DNA of 64,000 nt, from the NCBI RefSeq assembly GCF_009914755.1, contig NC_060932.1; one strand, written 5' to 3'. The position numbers and the translations under genes are program-made. Position 1 is the first letter of the stretch. Every line of letters starts with the position of its first letter. The stretch comes from the human T2T-CHM13v2.0 reference genome, Homo sapiens. Of the stretch, positions 59,392-64,000 are shown piece after piece. The notes under the pieces are model-generated. The model saw nothing but the letters and a program-made list of their open reading frames with translations. It was not told the DNA's origin and did no database searches.

Positions 59392-61299
59392 CTAATGTGT
59401 GCATTAGAACTGAAAAACATTATGTTGCAAGAGTTTAAATAAGTGTAAGAGACCAGGCAAGCTGAAGGAGTTTAGAGAAAGGGGAGATTATCTTTTCCCA
59501 AGGAAGGTTGTGGGGTCAGAGCTTGAGGGTGTTCTCTACTCAGAAAGAGTATTTCTATCTGTAATGAGAAGCAGGTCCCCAAAGGTTGAGTGTGAGTCAA
59601 TAGCCCAGAGGTAGAATGTCAATTGGATCTGCTTGGTTGTTTAGAGGTTAGACTAGAAAAACTGTAAGAATATTTCCTTCTCCAAATGCTGCCTGGAGTC
59701 CCTGAGAAATCAGATGCTAACAAATCAGACACTTACTTTTTCAGTCCGGTCCCTTCATGTGGGACAATCAGTAGTTGAGTCCATCTTCCAAAGGAAAAGA
59801 AACAGAGCACTTGAAATAAAACAGTTCTACCTGCAATATTTCCAAGTCTTTGAGCCTGTTTGAATCCTACAGGTGACATATGAAATTCATCTAGAGATGA
59901 GTCTGACCATATGCACTTATGCACTTGTACTCATCTGGAAATTATAAAGATTGACTCCGAAATCAATCAAGTCTGAAGGTGAAGGAAAAAAGTCTCAAAT
60001 AGAGAATTCCCTTTTCAAAAACCTGAGAGAAGCTCTGACAAAGAAAGATGTTACCCAAGATTGGAGATAGAATAGGCTGTCTTCTCGGAGTTCTAGGACT
60101 TGAGCAATCTGAACCCAGGTCCTTAAAACATGCTGTCAATTAAAGCCAAGGAAATCAATCTCAGAGTAATGGGCATCTGTAAGTTCCCAAATCTGAGCCC
60201 CATGCCAAATATGAATGGGAAAATAGTGCAAAACAAATCAAGGAGGGTCCTTTAGGCAGGACCTGGCCCTCCCACTAATTCTTCAAGTGATATTTGGCAA
60301 GTCTTTTCCACACACTGGGCTTCAGTTTCCCCACTTGTAAAATTAAAGGATTGGTACAAGATAGAATATGGTACATGCATAGAATAGATTCCAACATTTG
60401 TGCTCTTATAGCAAAGATGGGAATTGTCATTGGGTCAAAGCACTCTCATCTACTAAACACAGATTCTGCCTCAGAACCCTCCTCAACATTGTGTTTGAAA
60501 ACCTACCAGAGATCACCTGGGCATTTTTGGATCAATAATGTCAAAAATTCTTTCTGTGGTAAACATGCTTTTTAATTCTATGAAAACCAGGCTTTTTTAG
60601 GTCAAAGAATTTTGGCCATTCTAGCGTCTTCTCACTACGTTAGTACCACCTTCACAGGTTGCCTTCAAATGTGTAAATAGTTTAAATAATGGCTTAAAAT
60701 TTCTACCCAGAATGTGCATGAACCATCATTTCAAAGTATTTGCACCTGAAAGCCACTCATAACCTGAAGTCCTTGATGCTGTGAGCAATCTTCCTGATAA
60801 AAAATCCATTAGAAAGACAAAGTCATAGGTGCTGGCGGGCATCTTAATGACTAAATCCCGACTGCTTTTACAACCAAAAATGTTTTTAATTGGACTTCCT
60901 TGGAGACCACCTCCTCTGTGGTGTCTTGAGGAATGTTCTTGCATGGTAACCTTGTGTGAAGGACACTTCACAACTTTGAGTGCTAATTATCCTCTGGAGG
61001 AAAGAGGAGAGGGATCCTAACCAGAAGCCAATTCCATAATCTAGTCAACTCTCCAGAGTTGGTCTTTTGTTATTTCAATTTCCTCAAGCTCCTTATTAGG
61101 AGGAACCTATGAACTCTTAACTGGGCCCCAGTTGAACAGAATGCTCAATTTTCAGTAAGCTTTTCAGAGCTCTCCTATCAAAGAGCAAGAGGCAAATGAT
61201 GGCACAACAAGTTCATGTGAAGGAACTCAGAACAGCAAAAGATGCTTAGGGAAAAAAGAAAGTATGGCCTTACAACATTTGTTGTATTATTATGTAATT

Positions 61300-61570
61300 T
61301 TGTTTGTTTATTTTAGTTGCTTAAAACAGCAACTTGTTTTTGCTCATGCTTCTTCCATGGCTCAGGAGTTCACGCTGGGCTCAGCAGGGATGGTTCATTT
61401 GTGTTTCACATGGTATCAGCTCAGGCAGCACCACTGGGTTACAAGATCCAAGGTGGCCTCACTCACATGCAGTTGAAAGCCTTGCTTCATCTCTACCAAA
61501 TCTCATTCTCTCCAGATGTTCTTTCATCAGCCAGGAATCTAGACTAAGCCTTTTACATGCAACTGGATTC
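61300..61570 (-). mobile_element. MLT1H-like MaLR LTR fragment
   Basis: tagttgcttaaaacagcaac...caggagttcacgctgggctcagcagggatggttc...atccaaggtggcctcactcacatg. Confidence 0.55.
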
Positions 61571-64000
61571 TAAGAATACATATTATTTGCAAAGCTTTAA
61601 TTTTTACTTTCCCTGAAATATTAGTCTTTTTGGGAACATCACGTTGTGGGCACCCATAACTTTGGTAAGGAAGAGGAGTTCTTGGTTCTTACTCCTGCCA
61701 TTGGGATCTGCTTACTCTCACATCCCAGGCTACTTCTGGTTTGGAGATACAAAGTAACTAGGATGCTTAGACTGGGAAAACATTAGGAAGCTTTCAGTAA
61801 TTGGCTTTCTTTGGTATAAGTTAGAGTAGAAGTCTCTGTGCCTCTCAGTGTGAGATTTCTCCAAACTTATCCCTAGTACATAGCATTATGGAGTGTAAAC
61901 CATTTGTCATCCTTCAAATCCACTGCCCACATGTACTGTGTCTGAGTTTATCTCATTACCCACCTGGCTGCAGACTTCAACAGCTGTTCCATTATCCCTA
62001 AAGAATCCACTTGTACCAAAGCATTAGTGAGCAATGTGGATTAATTGACAATCACAAAATGGAAAAAAATGTACATAGCACAACCCTCAGCAAAATTAAG
62101 AAGAAATATACATCCCATGTCAGACATTTCTCTTTTCTAATTCCCATCTCCTTCACAGAATCTCTGGGAGTTTTTTCCCTCTCCAATTTCCTTCCACTAC
62201 ACCCAGTCTCCCTGGATCCTTTCTCACCTCTGACAGATGTTACTAGGTCCTTCCAATTCATCTTGCCTCTATCATCTAGTGTGATTCAGCTCCTTCCTTT
62301 TAAATCTTGACCTTTATATTAAAACTTTTTTCTGTTTGAAGAGCTGAGCCTATAAAACCTCCAAGGTAGAACAGAGAGGAGCATTCTGAGCCAATTCTAC
62401 CCAATTGTTCCACCGTCAGTATCACCTCCATCCTCACAACCAAGACAACAGCAAAAAGACGTGACTCTAGAAGCTTGTTCAGTGGCCTGGGCCTACTCAT
62501 TTATTCATTTACTCAACAAATATTTACTGAGAGATCTTATCTATGTCAGACGCTGTGCTAGTCAGTAGCACAAGACTGAACAACACATGTCTACATGGAT
62601 TTCACATTCTGGTGCATAGAAACTGGCACACATAAATAGAATGATTTATAAATGGACTTCAGTGTAGGAAAGAAATAGTGTTTTGATAGGAAATAGGAGA
62701 AACTTTTTTAGACAGGGTGGTTAAGAAGGACTTCCATGAGGATGGGGCAGTTAGGCTGAAATCTGAAGGATGAAGTGAAGCATTAAACTCTTTTCTTCAT
62801 CCTGACATTTTCTTACTCTCCAGGAAAAATCCCAAAGAATGTTCAGAAAAGGAGAACATCAGCATGAATGACTAAATTGGCAAAGAACTTGGCATGTTCC
62901 AGGGAGAGTGGAATACTGTGAGTAAGGGGAAAATGGCTCAGAGTGAGGCTGTAGAGGCAGGTTGAGTCCTTCTTGTGTGGGACTTAGAGGGCCAGGTATT
63001 CCTCCCAGGGTTTGGTTGGGAAGTAGAGCCACTGCAAGTATTAGGAAATAAGGGATTTAGTATAGGTGTTGCTCCTTACACACATGTGGGAGGCACTGGG
63101 AAGTGATGTATAGAAGCAGGGAGTTGAAGAATGACAGCAACAGTCACTGAAACTCCAGCAAGGTGGACAGGTTAGAGCTGGCAGAAAAACCCAAATTCAG
63201 AAGCATGTCAGGCGCCTAAAGTAAAACCATGAAGGAGCGCTCAGGATGGGTCTCTGGGAGCTGCTGTCTCTGGGTAGCAGTAGCATTTGTGGAACTGCTG
63301 TCTATGGAGTTGCAGCCAAGTGTCTGAGTTGTGGTCAGGAGCTAGGAGGGTGAGCCGGATGCAGTGGATTATGAACAAGTGGTGCCTAATGGCCTTCTCT
63401 GTGCCTGTTCATGGCCTTTTATTACCACAGCTACCTTCTGAGAGTTGAAACCCTGCTTTCCTTCCAACCAGCAAGTCCCCCTCTTGGTTAACTCTAAACC
63501 AGAACCACAAAGGAAATGGGATTTTGGGAAACAGAGCATCCAACCCCCGAGCTGAGGGTTTAGCTTTTGTGCTCTTAGAAAGGAAAGTTCACTCACCTTT
63601 ACCACTTCAGAGCCTATAATAGAAAACATCAGTCCCTTACCATCTACCTTAGCTTCCTTTTACTCCTCCAGCCACCATATTTTTTCTATATTTGATTATG
63701 ACTAACAGAGTTATTAAGCATCAAATTCTTCAAGTCTCCCCTTTTCTGATAGACAACTGAGAGTATCACATATTCTTTTCTTGGGCATTTAAGTTCCTCC
63801 CTGAGTTAACAGATGTCAGTGCATGCCCCACCCCTTCACAGGCTTAAAGGTCTTGGGGCTGGAGGGAGGACAGGTTTTGTAGACTTGACTCAGGATGCCC
63901 ACGTGGGTACTATCCACTGAATGGTAATCAGGGGCAAGTTACCTATATGTGCTCCCAACTCACCCACCTGTGAAAGGGTATGGCAAACCCTACCTCATAG

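Overview
Primate (human or great-ape-like) non-coding DNA, intergenic or deep intronic, and dominated by transposable elements. I found no host protein-coding exon, RNA gene or CRISPR array, and no convincing new biological system. Landmarks: (1) a full-length L1PA2-like LINE-1 (38898-44947, +) with intact ORF1, a broken ORF2 and a truncated antisense ORF0. (2) An older full-length L1PB (24921-31722, -) carrying nested inserts. (3) A solo LTR1-family LTR with a 4-bp target-site duplication (TSD), several MaLR LTRs, 10 Alus (one of the AluYd lineage), a MADE1 hairpin, an ERV-L dUTPase relic and microsatellites. The most unusual signal is a set of templated micro-insertion or template-switch scars, visible because the repeat consensus gives the ancestral state. 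The best one is a 34-bp segment copied from about 2.8 kb away into a TA run of the L1PB. Subfamily calls and consensus comparisons come from memory, not from an alignment, and boundaries of old repeats are approximate.
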